From the human T2T-CHM13v2.0 reference genome, Homo sapiens, in NCBI RefSeq assembly GCF_009914755.1, contig NC_060931.1: a DNA stretch of 64,000 nucleotides. The stretch is one strand, 5' to 3'. The position numbers and the translations under genes are program-made. The first letter of the stretch is position 1. Every line of letters begins with the position of its first letter. This document shows positions 14,816-27,540 of the stretch, in pieces. The notes under the pieces are model-generated. The model was not told the DNA's origin. It did no database searches and saw nothing but the letters and a program-made list of their open reading frames with translations.

Positions 14816-16741
14816 AATTTGTCCTCCATTTTCCCCTCTCCAAGAGGGAGCCAGTGGGTACAGATTGTTGTGTTTGTGCAGACAATTTTTTTAAATATTT
14901 AAACTAATAGGTGCATATAATCACCCCACACACTATTCTATACTTTGCTTATTCATCTGTATAAATATCTTTGAGGTCACTTTATATGACTATGTAAAGT
15001 TCATTTTTTTCCTACAGCTGCATATTATTTCATTTGGATATATCATAATTTAATTAAGTGATTTGACATATTTATGATATTTCCAACCTTTTCAATGACA
15101 CATACTGACTAAAAATAATCTTTATGCATGTGATCTTGATTTTTATTTGTAAATGAATGCTTACAATTGGAATTATGTGGGGGGCAAAGGATGTGTACAT
15201 TTAAAATTTTGATACCTAAAAGTAGACCCTAATTTTCCTTCCTGACATCACTGTGCCTATTGGTATATTTAAGCATTTTTCAGATAAAATTTGCAAATTG
15301 TCTCTTAGTTATAGTAAATGAGTTCTTTTATTATAAAATCACCCTTCATAGGTTGCGTTCCAAATTGTACTCCCAAAGTAAAGATGTAAAATTGACTGCC
15401 TATGCAGCAATCAACAGAGGGTGTTCTTAGACTTTTTGACATTTCCCAATACGGTAGGTGAGAGAGCCGTCCACTGAGTTTATTTAATGTGTCTCATAAT
15501 TGTAATGAGGCCTCATTATAATGAGTCACATCTAAGTAATGTTTAAGAGCCATTCATAGTTCTCATTCTGTGAATATATGTCCTTACTCTTTGTTCATAT
15601 TTTCTATCGAGTTATTATTTTTTCTCATGAAGTTAATTATATATTACATAAATTAGAGTCTTGAGCTTTCTGGAATTCACTCTGGTATGAAAAGTGTCGC
15701 AAAAGTCAAATGCTTATTTTTTAAAAATACTGACACATAGTTGTTCTAATACATTACTAAATGTAAAATATGATTCCTTTGATAGATTTGTCTACTCCTG
15801 TTGTAGTACTATACAAAGCATACTGTTCCAATCCCCACACATATATACTGATGATATATATAGTATATATATATATATATATATGTATATATTTAGTGAG
15901 CTACTCTCTTTATTCTTCCCTATTTTCAGAATTTTTGTAAATATTCTATATGACATTTATATCAGCTTGTCTAGGACTAGAAGTTCTTTTAAGATCATAT
16001 TAAATTAATAGATTATTCAGAGACAATATTTTTCTATTGTCTATGGAAGCTTTGTATTTAACAAAGATAGTGTTTCTTTTGATTTTCAAGTTCTTTTTTA
16101 CATGCTTGTTGATATCTTTAAGTATTCCTCATAAAAGATTTATGAATTGATTTTATTGGCTTTATAGTAAATGAGTTATGTTCTTTTATGTCTGATTAAT
16201 TGCACTATTTATTTTGGACAGCTATTTTTATATTATTTGCACAAATATAAATATGGAATTATCTTTTTATTCTAAGAAATTTTTGAACATATTTGCCCGT
16301 TTTCACATTTAGTATCTTTAATAGACTTCAGCATTTTTCTCAGATTTATACCTATCAATCCGTAGCTTCATTCATTAGTGATTTTTGGAGTCAGTTTCAT
16401 GATATTTTTTCCTAATTTTTAAAAATGGTTACTAGAGCGGAAGAAAAATATTTTTTTCCTCTGCCCTCTTGAGTTCTTAGTTGAAATGGACCCATGTAAC
16501 AAAAGACATTAATAAAAGAAAAACAAAAAGAAGTTTGGGACAAACTCACGGAATGAGTAGTGCTCAAAAAGGTGGTATTTATTTCCAGCTGATGTGGCAT
16601 CTTTATCAAAGAACAGGACATGTTTAGAGAAATGACAAAAACAAGGAAAAGGACTTTGAGGTCTAGGGCTGGCAACTTGGGACAAGGCAAGTAAGTGGCA
16701 GACAAAGGCTGGACCCAGAAAGGCCTAAAGCTGTTTAGTGG

Positions 16742-17355
16742 TGTGAAAAGTTAAAAGTTCCTCTTCAAAGTTTCCCTTTTGTTAAAGAATAAATAGTAAG
16801 TGTTAGAAATAATAGTTTCTTTTAAAAACTAACTTCCTTCAAGTTTCCTTGCTTTTTGCTAATAACTGTTAAGCCCTATGTAGTTAAATATAGTAAGGGA
16901 ATAAGTACATTCTATGTCCTTGTACTTTAACCAAGTTATTTGTTCAGACCTTTAGCCTCCTCAGACATGTCCAAACATGCCCAGGCATTTCCCGGCTTAC
17001 AACCTATGCCTCTTCCTTATTTGGAAATGTTATTATTCTCATAGTTTTCTATAAACAACCTCCATCCTTTCTTTGTTCTCCATCACGCATTTACCTATTT
17101 AGGAAAGTTTTAAGTTTTTAGCCAATCGGGATCAGTCTAGATTGTGCGGTCCAGCTCTAGCCAGTGAAGATAGGACACAGCAGTAAGGACCCAACGCGTC
17201 AGGGATAAAAACCTCTGCCTTTCTTTGTTTGTGGTGCTTTCATGACAATCAAGCTTCCGAGAAGCACCCTTTCTGCAGAAAGTAAAATTGTCTTGCCAAG
17301 AAAATTCATATTCAAGTGCTATTTCCTTTGTGGCACCAAAAATTAATTTGTAGCA
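16742..17355 (+). mobile_element. LTR10-family (LTR10C-like, HERV-I group) full-length solo LTR
   Basis: TG...CA termini and a perfect 4-bp TSD GTGG (16738-16741 / 17356-17359). Contains tgttagaaataatagtttcttttaaa, CCAAT at 17122, GATAAAAA at 17204 and AGTAAA at 17281. Confidence 0.85.
16963..16982. promoter_or_regulatory. Consensus p53-family response element
   Basis: AGACATGTCC AAACATGCCC: two perfect RRRCWWGYYY half-sites with no spacer. A third degenerate half-site AGGCATTTCC follows. Confidence 0.8.
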
Positions 17356-18355
17356 GTGGTGACCCTTGGTTCACACTGGTAGTGAGGGGAGGGAGAGGAT
17401 CTTTGTCTTTACTTTATGTCTTGATTTTGGGCAAGTAGAGAGAGTGCAGAGAACTTTCCTGCATTTATTTCCTCTTATTGCCTTAAGCTCAACAATCCTC
17501 AAGCCAATGAAACACATGTAGGGGTGGCATATTCTGGTCCCTCACAATAGTTAGATCATAGATTTTTTTACTCTATAAAATTCCCTCTGAGAAAACCTTT
17601 AGCTTATGGAACTGATAAGTTGGTACTTCCTTATCATTAACTTTAAAATGTTTTCAAACTTCCTTTGTGATTTCCTTTATGATCCATGGATTATTTTACA
17701 AGATATCACTTAGCTTCCAAAGAAAAGATTTAAAGTGCTTTTTTATTTATATGTTACTGATTTTATCTCTGTACTATTGTGTTAGAGAAAGTGCTGTATA
17801 TTTGTTTTCAATTCTTTTAACTGTGTTGATACTTTGTGACCCAGATTATGTCACCATGTAATGTGAGCCAAATTTCATATTTGTGTGCAGCAGAGAAAAA
17901 TGTATATTCTGTCATTGTTGGGCCAATGTACAGAAAAATTCTGTCAGGTAGGTCTCATTTCTTAATTGGGTTGTTCACATCTTAATGTTTTGTCTGCTAC
18001 TTTATCACTTAGATATACGTGCTAAAATCTCCAGTAAGCTGAGTTTAAATTTATTTTTGAAATTGTGGTAAAATATTTATAACATTAAATTAAGCATTTT
18101 AACCATTTTAAAATGTACAATTCAGTGGCATTAAGTATGTTCACTTTGTTGAGCAATTATTACCACCACCTATCCACAGAACTTTTTCATCTTTGCAATA
18201 CTGAAGCTCTGTATTCACTAAACAATAACACCCCATTCTCCCTTCATGCCAGCCCCTGGTGACCAGCCTGTGTGTATGAATTTGACTACTCTCAGTACCT
18301 CGTATGAGTGAAAACACACAGTACAAGTCCTCCTGTGATTGGCTTATTTCACTTA

Positions 18356-18789
18356 TATGATGGTTAATACTGAGTGTCAACTTGATTGCAGAATGGGAAG
18401 TATTGATCCGGGGTGTGTCTGTGAGGATGTTGCCAAAGGTGATTAACATTTGAGTCAGTGGACTGGGGAAGGCAGACCCACCCTTAATCTGGATGAGCAC
18501 CATCTAATGAGTTGCCAGTGAATATAAAGCAGGCAGAAAAACGTGAAAAATTAGACTGGCCTAGCCTCCCAGCCTACATCTTTCTCCCCTGCTGGATGCT
18601 TCCTGCCCTTGAACATCAGACTCCAAGTTCTTTAGTTTTGGGACTCAGACTGGCTCTCCTTGCTCCTCAGCTTGTGATGGCCTGTTGTAGGACCTTGTGA
18701 TTGTGTGCGTTAATACTTAGTAAATCCCCCTTTATACATATCTCTCTATCCTATTAGTTCTGTCCCTCTAGAGAACCCTGATTGATACA
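18356..18789 (+). mobile_element. MLT2A1 (HERV-L) solo LTR
   Basis: gatggttaatactgagtgtcaacttgattg...ctctagagaaccctgattgataca, with a perfect 5-bp TSD ACTTA (18351-18355 / 18790-18794). Confidence 0.93.
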
Positions 18790-18854
18790 ACTTAATATAA
18801 TGTCTTCATGCCATGGCCATGCTATAACATATGTCAGAATCTCCTTCCTTTAGC

Positions 18855-20205
18855 TATATATGTACACACACACATATATATAATAATTTTGCTTATAATC
18901 AACCAGCAAAATTAGGTCTCTAATAGACACATATATACATATATATGTATACATACATGTATGTGCAGAAGCAAAATATATATACACACATATACATATA
19001 TTCGTATATGCATAAATATGTTACCAGGTCTTGACTATGAGTTGTCCAGGTCCTTGGTGTTTTGAAGAAAGAACTGAGCAAAATACACAAAGTAGCAGAG
19101 GAATGAAATGCAGGAACAAACCAGCAAAAGCAGGGATTTATTAAAGTGAGAAAGCACTCCACAAGCTGTGAGTGGACCACTGCAAGTGGCTCAAGGGCCA
19201 AGTTAGAAAGTTTTCTGGGTCTTAAGTACTCCCTTTGAAGTTATTGTCAGCTACTTCTTATGTGGATGAAGGATTTGGTCTGTGGCTAATTTAAGGCTGA
19301 GGTGAATTGGTGCCCCGTGCAGACGAAGGGATGGTCCCTGCTTGGCCACAGCTAATCCAAGGCACTCTCCCTTTCCCTCTGAGACGCGATGGCAGGGGAA
19401 GGCTGTAGGGAGAGTAGCCTTTGATCCTTTGTTACTCAGCGTGGGGAGATGGGGTTTTTCCTTTTGGATTAACTTTAGAAAGTTTGTGGTAATTGGCCTT
19501 AGATTCCCTGGACCCAGACCTTGGTGTTTTTCCTTGATTCAGCAAGAATTGGCCTTAAGTTCCCTGCCCCCAGACCCTATTCTGCCTCACGTATATACGT
19601 ATGTATGTATACATATACGTATATACATATGTATGTATACATATACGTATATACATATGTATGTATACATATACGCATATACGTATATGTATATATACAC
19701 CTAATTTTGCTTATTCTAAGCCAAATTATAATAAATGTATACATATATTTATACAAGTATAATTTATGTATATATGCATAATAAATGTATAAATAAATAA
19801 TATAATTTTGCTCATTTATACTAAGAAAAATTAGGATAAATATTATATGTATATATATTTGCTTATTCTAAGCAAAATTATAATAAATATAGACAAACAC
19901 ATATGTATGTATAGATATACACACATGTGTATACAGATGTGTATACATACATATACACATATGTATATACACATATACACATGTATGTATGTATACATAT
20001 GTCTATGTAAACACGTGTATGCATACATGCAGACATATATGCACATACGTGTGTATACACATACACACGTATGTGTAAATATGTCTATACACATATATTC
20101 ATGTGTGTATACATATACACATATATTTATGTATATACACACATACATACCAATATGTCTTTGTATATACATATATACACACACACAGACACACACACAC
20201 ACACG
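18855..20205. repeat. Expanded (TA/CA/TG)n tract with a 28-bp unit and interspersed hairpins
   Basis: acatatacg recurs at 19611, 19639 and 19667; taattttgct..agcaaaatta inverted repeats. Confidence 0.9.
19019..19589 (-). mobile_element. MER51/MER61-group ERV1 solo LTR
   Basis: Minus strand reads TGAGGCAGAATAGGGTCTGG...GTCAAGACCTGGTAACA, with TG...CA termini. Confidence 0.85.
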
Positions 20206-21707
20206 TAATTTTGCTTATTTATTCCTCCACTGGTGGACACTTGGGCTGCTTTTATTTTTTGGCTATTGTGAATAATGCTGCTATGAACATAATGTACAAT
20301 ATGTCTTTGAACCCCTGCTTTCATTTGTTTGGGTATGTACCCAAAAGTGGAATTGCTGGACCACATTTTTAACTTTTTATGGAACCGTTATACTCTTTTT
20401 CATAATAGCTGTACCATTTGGCATGTCTACTAGCAATGCACAAGGGTTCAATTTCTTCAAGTTCTCACCAACATGTATTTTCTATTTGTCTGTTCATGCG
20501 TTCGTTTTGATAATAGCCCTCCTAATGGGTGTGAAATGCTATCTCATTGTGGCTTTTATTTGTATTTCCCTAATGATTAGTGGTGTTAATCATCTTTTTA
20601 TGTGCTTTCTTGTCTATGGTCTTTGGTGAAATGTCCATTTAAGTCCTTTTCCCATTTTTGAGTGACACTGGGTCTTTTATAGTTGAGTTTTAGGGATTTT
20701 CCATATATTCAGAATATTAATCTCTAATCAGATATTTGATTTGCAAATATTTTCTCTCATTCTCTGGATTGCTTTAGATTTTTTGAATATGAAACACAGT
20801 TTATTGGTTGAGTGCATATTTTAAATTGTTATATACCTTTGTGGTTGATTAAGACACTTCACATAAACCTTTATGTAAATGCATAAAATCATTGCCTGAA
20901 CAACCAGGTTAAACTGCTATCTTTCTGGTTCCAGAGGTAGAAGTTTAGCATTTTATATTGTCAGGTTTTATATAATAAATATAGTCTATTTTGCAACTAC
21001 TAATAAAAATATCATTTACCTCCAGTAATTTTTACATAATTTCTATATTTATTTCCTGATTGTCTGAAGATTTTCCACAAGTAGTTTAATATTATATTTC
21101 AAATCTTTGGCCGCTTTCTGAAACACAAGTAGTCATTTAAAAGGTCAATGTTTTTTCCACATATTTGATGCCAGACTCATTTTTTCTTTAGCTTTACTGT
21201 AAAATGATAGAACTTATTTTTGAGTTCATATGAATAGAAGATAAGAACATAATGTAAGGCTCAGTTATTTTTAACTTGACAAGTCCTTCTGCAGAAAAGA
21301 ATATATTAAGAAATCACAGTTCATAATCAAATTCATTGAGGAATTCATTAAAGAGCTTTCCTTTTTCTTCATGATATATACAATTTGGTACCATGATACA
21401 ATAGTAATGTGGGGAAGCTGAGAGTATTTAGCAGGTGAAAATGAATAAATGGAAAGATAAAGTAACTTATGATAGGCTCAAAAGCATCTTGTTATAAAAA
21501 TCATGAACTACTTACTGCAAAGCAGCTTTATAAAACTTAGATTTGGAAACTTTCTTATGTCTGGGCATGTCATGCATTTGTAACCCTTCCCTGTAAATGA
21601 ATGTGCTTTTTCATTTAACAGGCTGTTCATCTATTTTTCAAAAAAACAAGTTCAAGTAAAAAATCTAACTAATTACACTGGTGGGAAAACTGGAACTGAC
21701 ACTAGCC

Positions 21708-21728
21708 GGGGTGGGCGTGGTCACACCC
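21708..21728. promoter_or_regulatory. SP/KLF motif cluster (GGGGTGGGCGTGG + CACACCC)
   Basis: Motif match in apparently non-repeat DNA. Function unproven. Confidence 0.3.
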
Positions 21729-21965
21729 AACTGGGCAGTTCAGGGAGTGTGGGGAGGGCCTGTTCCCATCCCACCCCAGCTTCTACACCCGCTAAAGGCG
21801 AGAAGGTCTGAGATTTCACTGTTTCAGTGTCTCCTCCATGTTCAAGACTTTTCATTGTCAGGAGTGTGGAGTGCACTTGTAAAATGAAATCTCCCAAGTT
21901 CTCAGATTTTCTTCTGGCATTACAGTGTGAGGAGCTTTGTTGACCCACTCCCCAGTGAATCTGGT

Positions 21966-22323
21966 GAAAAGAGAAAGAGAGAGAGACAGAAAGAGAGAGA
22001 GAAAGAAAGAAAGAGAGAGAAGGAAGGAAAGAAGGAAGGAGGGAAGGGAAGGGAGTAGGGGAAGAAGGGAAGGAAGAGGGGAAGGGAAGGGAGAGGGGAA
22101 GGGAAGGGAGAGGGGAAGGGAAGGGAGAGGGAAAGGGAAGGGAAGGGAGAGGGGAAAGGAGAGGGGAGGGGAGGGGAGGGGGAGGAGAAGGGAGAGGGGA
22201 GGGGAAGGGAGAGGGAAAGGGAAGGGAGAGGGGAGGGAAAGGGAAGGGAAGAGAAGGGAAGGGAACAGGAGGGAAGGGGAGGGGAGGGGAGGGAAGGGGA
22301 GGGGAGGGGAGGGAAGGGAAAAA
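21966..22323. repeat. ~360-bp polypurine tract (GA, GAAA, GGAA, GGGAA/GGGGA units)
   Basis: Read directly; only about three pyrimidines on the + strand. Confidence 0.97.
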
Positions 22324-22334
22324 TTTAAAGCATC

Positions 22335-22900
22335 TTGAAACAATCCTAAGAGCAGACAGCATAAGAAGCATTTATTCAAGAAAACCTATAAAATTCAGTA
22401 AGAAAGGTAGAATCAGTGGTATTTAAACAAAAACACTCCTTTCCTCGCCCCTCCCAGTTCCTGAATGGGAGACTCCGTCCTGGATTGCTGCAGCCAAGCG
22501 CACAAGGCTTCCCTTACTACCTCCAAGTTTCAGATCTTTTCTCCCAGAAATAGCAGAATTTCAGTGTTTCTCATCCTGCCGTTACTGAGGCAAGCACTGG
22601 GTGAGTGCATGGAGAGGGAAACACCATTTTTCTGCCCAGTGCACACTGCTGAGAATACTGGGGCCCTTACAGCCCTTTCTTGTCTCATAAAGGAGTAGTT
22701 CTATGCAAGCTGAGATAATCTCATGTTGCTTGATATCTCTCCTACCTTCTCCACCAAGTGCTGAGCTCCCAGAGCAAGGTGTCACTCAGAGAGATTTCCC
22801 AGCTCCAGGGCTCTGGCTCAGAGATGTTACCCAAGAGGAGAAGCCAGCCATAAATTACTTCACAACAGAAGCAATTTCATTTGAACAGAGCATGGAGAGC
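22335..22900 (+). mobile_element. Old L1M 5' UTR fragment
   Basis: agaagcatttattcaagaaaacct...gtaagaa motif of L1M4-type 5' ends. Confidence 0.5.
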
Positions 22901-22904
22901 TTCA

Positions 22905-24742
22905 GTGCAATTCTCCCCCAAATGATCTTCAAATCCAACACAGTCCCTATCAGAATCTTAGCTGACTAATTTGTAAAAATTGACAAGCTGATTCCATAAT
23001 TCATATGGAATGGAAGGAACTCAGAACAGCCAAAACAATTCTAAAAATGAAGAACCAAGTAAGTGGACTCACACTTCCTGATCTCAAATCTTACTACAAA
23101 GCAACAGTAATCAAGACAGTGTGATACTGGCACAGGGATTTATGTAGATAAATGGAATAGAATGGAGAGTCTAGATGTAAATTCATCCATCCATGGGCAA
23201 CTGATTTTCAACAAGGGTGCCAAAACCATTCAGTGAAGGAAGGAGGAACCCTTTCAATAGGTGGTACTGGGCCAACTGGATAGACAACAGATAAAATAAT
23301 AAATTTGGGCCCTTGTATTGCACCATATACAAATTTAAGTAAAAATGTGTTAAAGACCTAAACGTGGGAGCTAAAAGTATAAAACTTTAGAAGAAAACAT
23401 AAGTAAATCTTTAAGACTTTGGATTTCACAGAGGATTCTTAGATATGACACCAAAATCATAAGTAACAATAGAATAAAATAGGTAAATTGAACTTCATCA
23501 AAATTACAAATTTTGTGCCTCAAAGAACATCAAGAAAGTGAAAAGACAACTCACTAAATAGTAGAAAATATTTACAAATCATATATCTTAAAAGGGTTTT
23601 GCATCCAGAATATATAAAGAATTCTTACCGTTTAATAATAAAGATGTTACCCAATTCCAAGAAATAGGCAAAATAGCTGAATAGATGTTTTTCCAAGAAA
23701 ATATACAAATGAAGATATACACTTGAAACAATGTTTGATATCATGAGTTATAAAAATGCAAATCTAAACAATAATAAAATACCAGTTTATACCCATTAGA
23801 ATGGCTAGAAACAAAAGGTCAGATAGCAACAAGTGTTGGTGAGAATTTAGAGAAATCAGGATACTCATATACTGCTGATGGCTATGTAAGATGGTCCAAC
23901 CACTTTGAAAAACAGTCTGGCAGTCTCTTAAACAATTAAATATATGGCCACCATATGAACCAGCAAATTCACTCTGAGGTACATACCCAAGATAAATGAC
24001 AACATATATCCACTCAAAACATCTATGTCAAGCTAGCCAAACCCACAGCCCATGGGCTACACGTGGCCCAGGATGGCTTTGAATGCAGCCCAACAGAAAT
24101 TTGTAAACTTTCTTAAAACATTTTGATATTTTTGTGCAATTTTAGTTTTTAGCTCATCAGCTATTGTTAGTGTTAGTGTATGTTATGTGTAGCCTAAGAC
24201 AATTCTTCTTCTTCCAATGTGGCCCAGGGAAACCAAAAGATTGGACACCCCTGGAGTATGTGACTGTTTATAGCAGCATTATTTATAATGACTGAAAACT
24301 GGAAACAATGCAATTTTCCATCAATAAAAAAATGAATGAAAAATGTGCTATATTTATACAATGCATTGTTATTTGCTCATTAAAATGAATGAAATACTGA
24401 TATATGCAACCACATGGACAAACCTTGAAAACATTATGCTAAACAAGAGAAGCCATATGATATATGAATCAAGTCACAGGAAATATACAGAACAGGGAAA
24501 TTCATAGAGACAGAACATAGATTGCTGGTTTCTTAGGGCTGGGTGGGAGGGGTGACAAGAGTGTGATGGCTAAAGAGTATAGTGTTTCTTTTTGAGAAGA
24601 CAAACTATTCTAAAATTTTGGTCATGGTTGTAAATATTTGTGAATATATTAAAATCCATGGAATTGGTTTAAATGGGTGAATGACTTTTTAAATGGTTGA
24701 ATTTACAATATGTAAATTATATTTAAATCTGCTTTTAAAAAG
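22905..24742 (+). mobile_element. L1MB/L1MC ORF2 3' half and 3' UTR
   Basis: ttactacaaagcaacagtaatcaagacagtgtg, caagggtgccaa, aaccttgaaaacattatgctaa. Confidence 0.9.
24029..24253 (-). mobile_element. MER30 (hAT-Charlie MITE), copy 1
   Basis: Ends ccaaaagattggacacccctg; 8-bp flanks atctatgt / gagtatgt. Confidence 0.93.
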
Positions 24743-24917
24743 CAATGCACAAAGCAAATTTACTAATTTACTACATTTGTAAATGAGTATAAATTAATGA
24801 ACAAATAACCTGGTAATAGAGACTAAATGGCCATCTGGTTAAGAAAGAGTGTCACTGACAAATAGTATTAAAAGTAATACTTACAAATGTACGCTTAAGA
24901 AAGCAGAAAACATTCCA

Positions 24918-25315
<398 letters not shown>

Positions 25316-25411
25316 CTACAATGTCTTACACATGAATTAATATATCTAAAAAACCCACAAACATGAAAATCACAGTTACCTTTGGTCAAAACATTTTGAC
25401 TTAGAAATCTA

Positions 25412-25921
25412 TGTAATAGATTAAAGATGGCCACAAATTCCTTGGTACTTGTCTCACTAAGAGGTGGAATAGAATTCCTCTCCCTTTGAGTTTGAGTTGA
25501 ACTTGATGACTTGTTGATTAATGCAATGTCACAAAAGAACAGAATCTGAAACTATCTCATAGGAAGGGCTTACAACTTTCACTCATAGAATCATCTTCCT
25601 GGGATCCCTGAGATACAGAAGTCTGAGGCTCCATGCTAGAGAAGCCACTTGTAGGTGTTCTGAGGGATGGTCCCTGTTGAACCCAAACTTCAGGTTCTTC
25701 AAGCTAAGGTGCTGAGTGTGTGACTGAAGCAATCCTGGCATTGTTCTGTCATTGATACCACTGAGTGACTTCAGTTGACACAACTTGGAACAAAGAAATG
25801 ATCCTGCGGAACCCTGCCCAAATGCCTGACCCATGAAATCAAGAAGCACCATAAAATGGTTGCTGTTTTCAGCCACTAAGATTTTGGGTAGTTTGTTTTC
25901 AGAGAATACATAGCCAAAACA
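25412..25921 (+). mobile_element. MLT1G/H-like solo LTR
   Basis: tgtaatagattaaagatggccacaaattc...cagccactaagattttgggtagtttgtt...aaaca. Confidence 0.8.
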
Positions 25922-26589
25922 TGCATCTCTTCCATCTCCAATATAACCTATTAGCCTTCCTCACAATTAGTGTTCCATAGAAGAAAGTTTAGGAAACATT
26001 AAACTCTTGAAAATATTTTGACTCTATTTCACTGTTTATATTACACTATATAACCTTATATTTCCAATTACATTTATAACATTGAATATAAAAATAGCAT
26101 TTGTAGGATATCCAGATCCTTTTATTTCACACTAGTTTGAAACACGTTAGTAAGAGCTAAGAGTCAATATTAAATTTTAGGGCTTTCCTTTATCTTCACC
26201 TGAAGCAATCTAACGAATTATGAGTCAGCTACCAAAAAAGTATCTCAATTAGAATAGTGAGAGACAAATATGATAAGTCTGGTCAGAATACAGACACTTG
26301 CATTAAATTCTCTACAACTTAAAATGCATCTTGATAAGGAAATTTCAACCTTCTTACGAACTCGAGAATTATTTCCAAAAAAATCATTTAGAAAAACAAT
26401 ATATTGAAAATAATTGTATCTTCAAAGACTATTAACATAAATGCAACCATTAGAATATACACTGTGAAACAGCACTGCTTCTAAGAGTAATACCAGCAGC
26501 AATATAAAGCAACCATAATACAGTTAAATTTTCATATGACATTTTGGGAAGGCAAATGGTATCTACCTTAGTTTAATTTATTTTCCATT

Positions 26590-27540
26590 ATAAAAAATTT
26601 TGTTATTTTCTTATTATGAAATGACAATTTTGTAATGATAAATGTAATATCAAGCTAAAGATGAGCAAAAGCAAGAAAGATGAATAACACGATCTCAATA
26701 TTTGGAGAATACTAATGTCAACAAATGTCTTCATACTCGGTGTGCTTCTATATACCACTTTTAAAATGGGATCTACTCAAATATTGCTTCAAAATGGCAT
26801 TTTTTGCTTAGTTCTGAATTTCAGGCCATATAAACACTATTATTGGAAACATTATTTGTAAAGCGTAGATGATATATTACAAAGCATTAGCATAATTTAT
26901 TTTTCAATCCTGATCAATCAACATTCAGGATTTTTCAAGTATTTGCTGTTGTAAAAGGGTTGAACTACACATTTTTGCATGTAAGTGGCAGACAAATCTT
27001 TAAATATTTATTTGGCTTATAATCTTGGTAGTATAATTGAATGGTCAAGGGGAAGTAAAATTTAAAGACTTTCGACATAAAATGCTACTGCACTGATAAA
27101 GGTTTTGTGAATCTATATTCACAATTACTCCCAGATTGTCTAAGACTTTAATAACCTTGTATATTTCATTGGTTTCCAATTTACTGTTTTCAGCTAAAAT
27201 AGCAATGCTTGATTATAATTTGTATTTCTGTTATTGCCCAGAGAATTTATATATCTAGAATATTCTGCTTGTTCAATTGATAATCTTTTTATTTTCTATG
27301 AATTTACCAGTTTTCTTTGCTACTTATTTTTATAGAAGTATGTATTGTTTCTTACTTATTTATAAAATCTGTTTTTATACAAAAAATAATACACTTTGAT
27401 ATGCAGAATAAAATATTTTTCATAGTTAATGTATCAATATTTTTTCTCATTTTACTTTATTTTATTATCAGTAACATTTATTCCATCCCCAGAATCAAAC
27501 AGATGTTTATGTGCAATTTTATATGAATACCATAGCTTTG
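26590..27540 (-). mobile_element. Old L1ME fragment (antisense)
   Basis: Decayed antisense 3' UTR/ORF2 motifs. Confidence 0.45.

Larger units (their letters stand above)
16429..17546 (-). mobile_element. MER39/MER34-group ERV1 solo LTR, split by LTR10
   Basis: Minus strand begins TGTGAGGGACCAGAATATGCCACCCC...GGATTGTTGAGCT; also contains tgtaacaaaagacattaa. Confidence 0.8.
14890..18045 (-). mobile_element. Old L1ME (antisense), host of the nested LTRs
   Basis: Decayed antisense L1 3' UTR/ORF2 motifs on both sides of the 16429-17546 insertion. Confidence 0.65.
18048..20778 (-). mobile_element. L1MB-type 3' end (antisense), interrupted by MLT2A1, a MER51/61-like LTR and an expanded microsatellite
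   Basis: attgtggtaaaata, gtacaattcagtggcattaagta, ggacacttgggctgc, tggctattgtgaataatgctgctatgaacat. Confidence 0.9.

Noticed and set aside
14352-14885. 177-aa minus-strand ORF, the longest non-low-complexity ORF
   Set aside because: Lies mostly antisense to an MLT1I-like LTR; no recognisable domain.
18383-18393. MLT2A1 as a DUX4-driven embryonic promoter
   Set aside because: The DUX4-like TGATTGGATTG I recall from the consensus reads TGATTGCAGAA here, so the motif appears damaged.
19019-19589. p53 site in the MER51/61-like LTR
   Set aside because: No paired RRRCWWGYYY half-sites seen in this copy.
18884-19880. Spaced palindromic repeats superficially resembling a CRISPR array
   Set aside because: Human DNA; the repeat derives from the adjacent L1, spacers are microsatellite of irregular length, and there are no cas genes.
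19342-20372. Tyr/Ile/His/Cys-rich ORFs
   Set aside because: Translations of TA/CA microsatellite plus LTR and L1 sequence.
21721-22379. Pro/Ser-rich and Gly/Arg/Glu-rich ORFs (133-216 aa)
   Set aside because: Translations of the polypurine simple repeat, which lacks stop codons.
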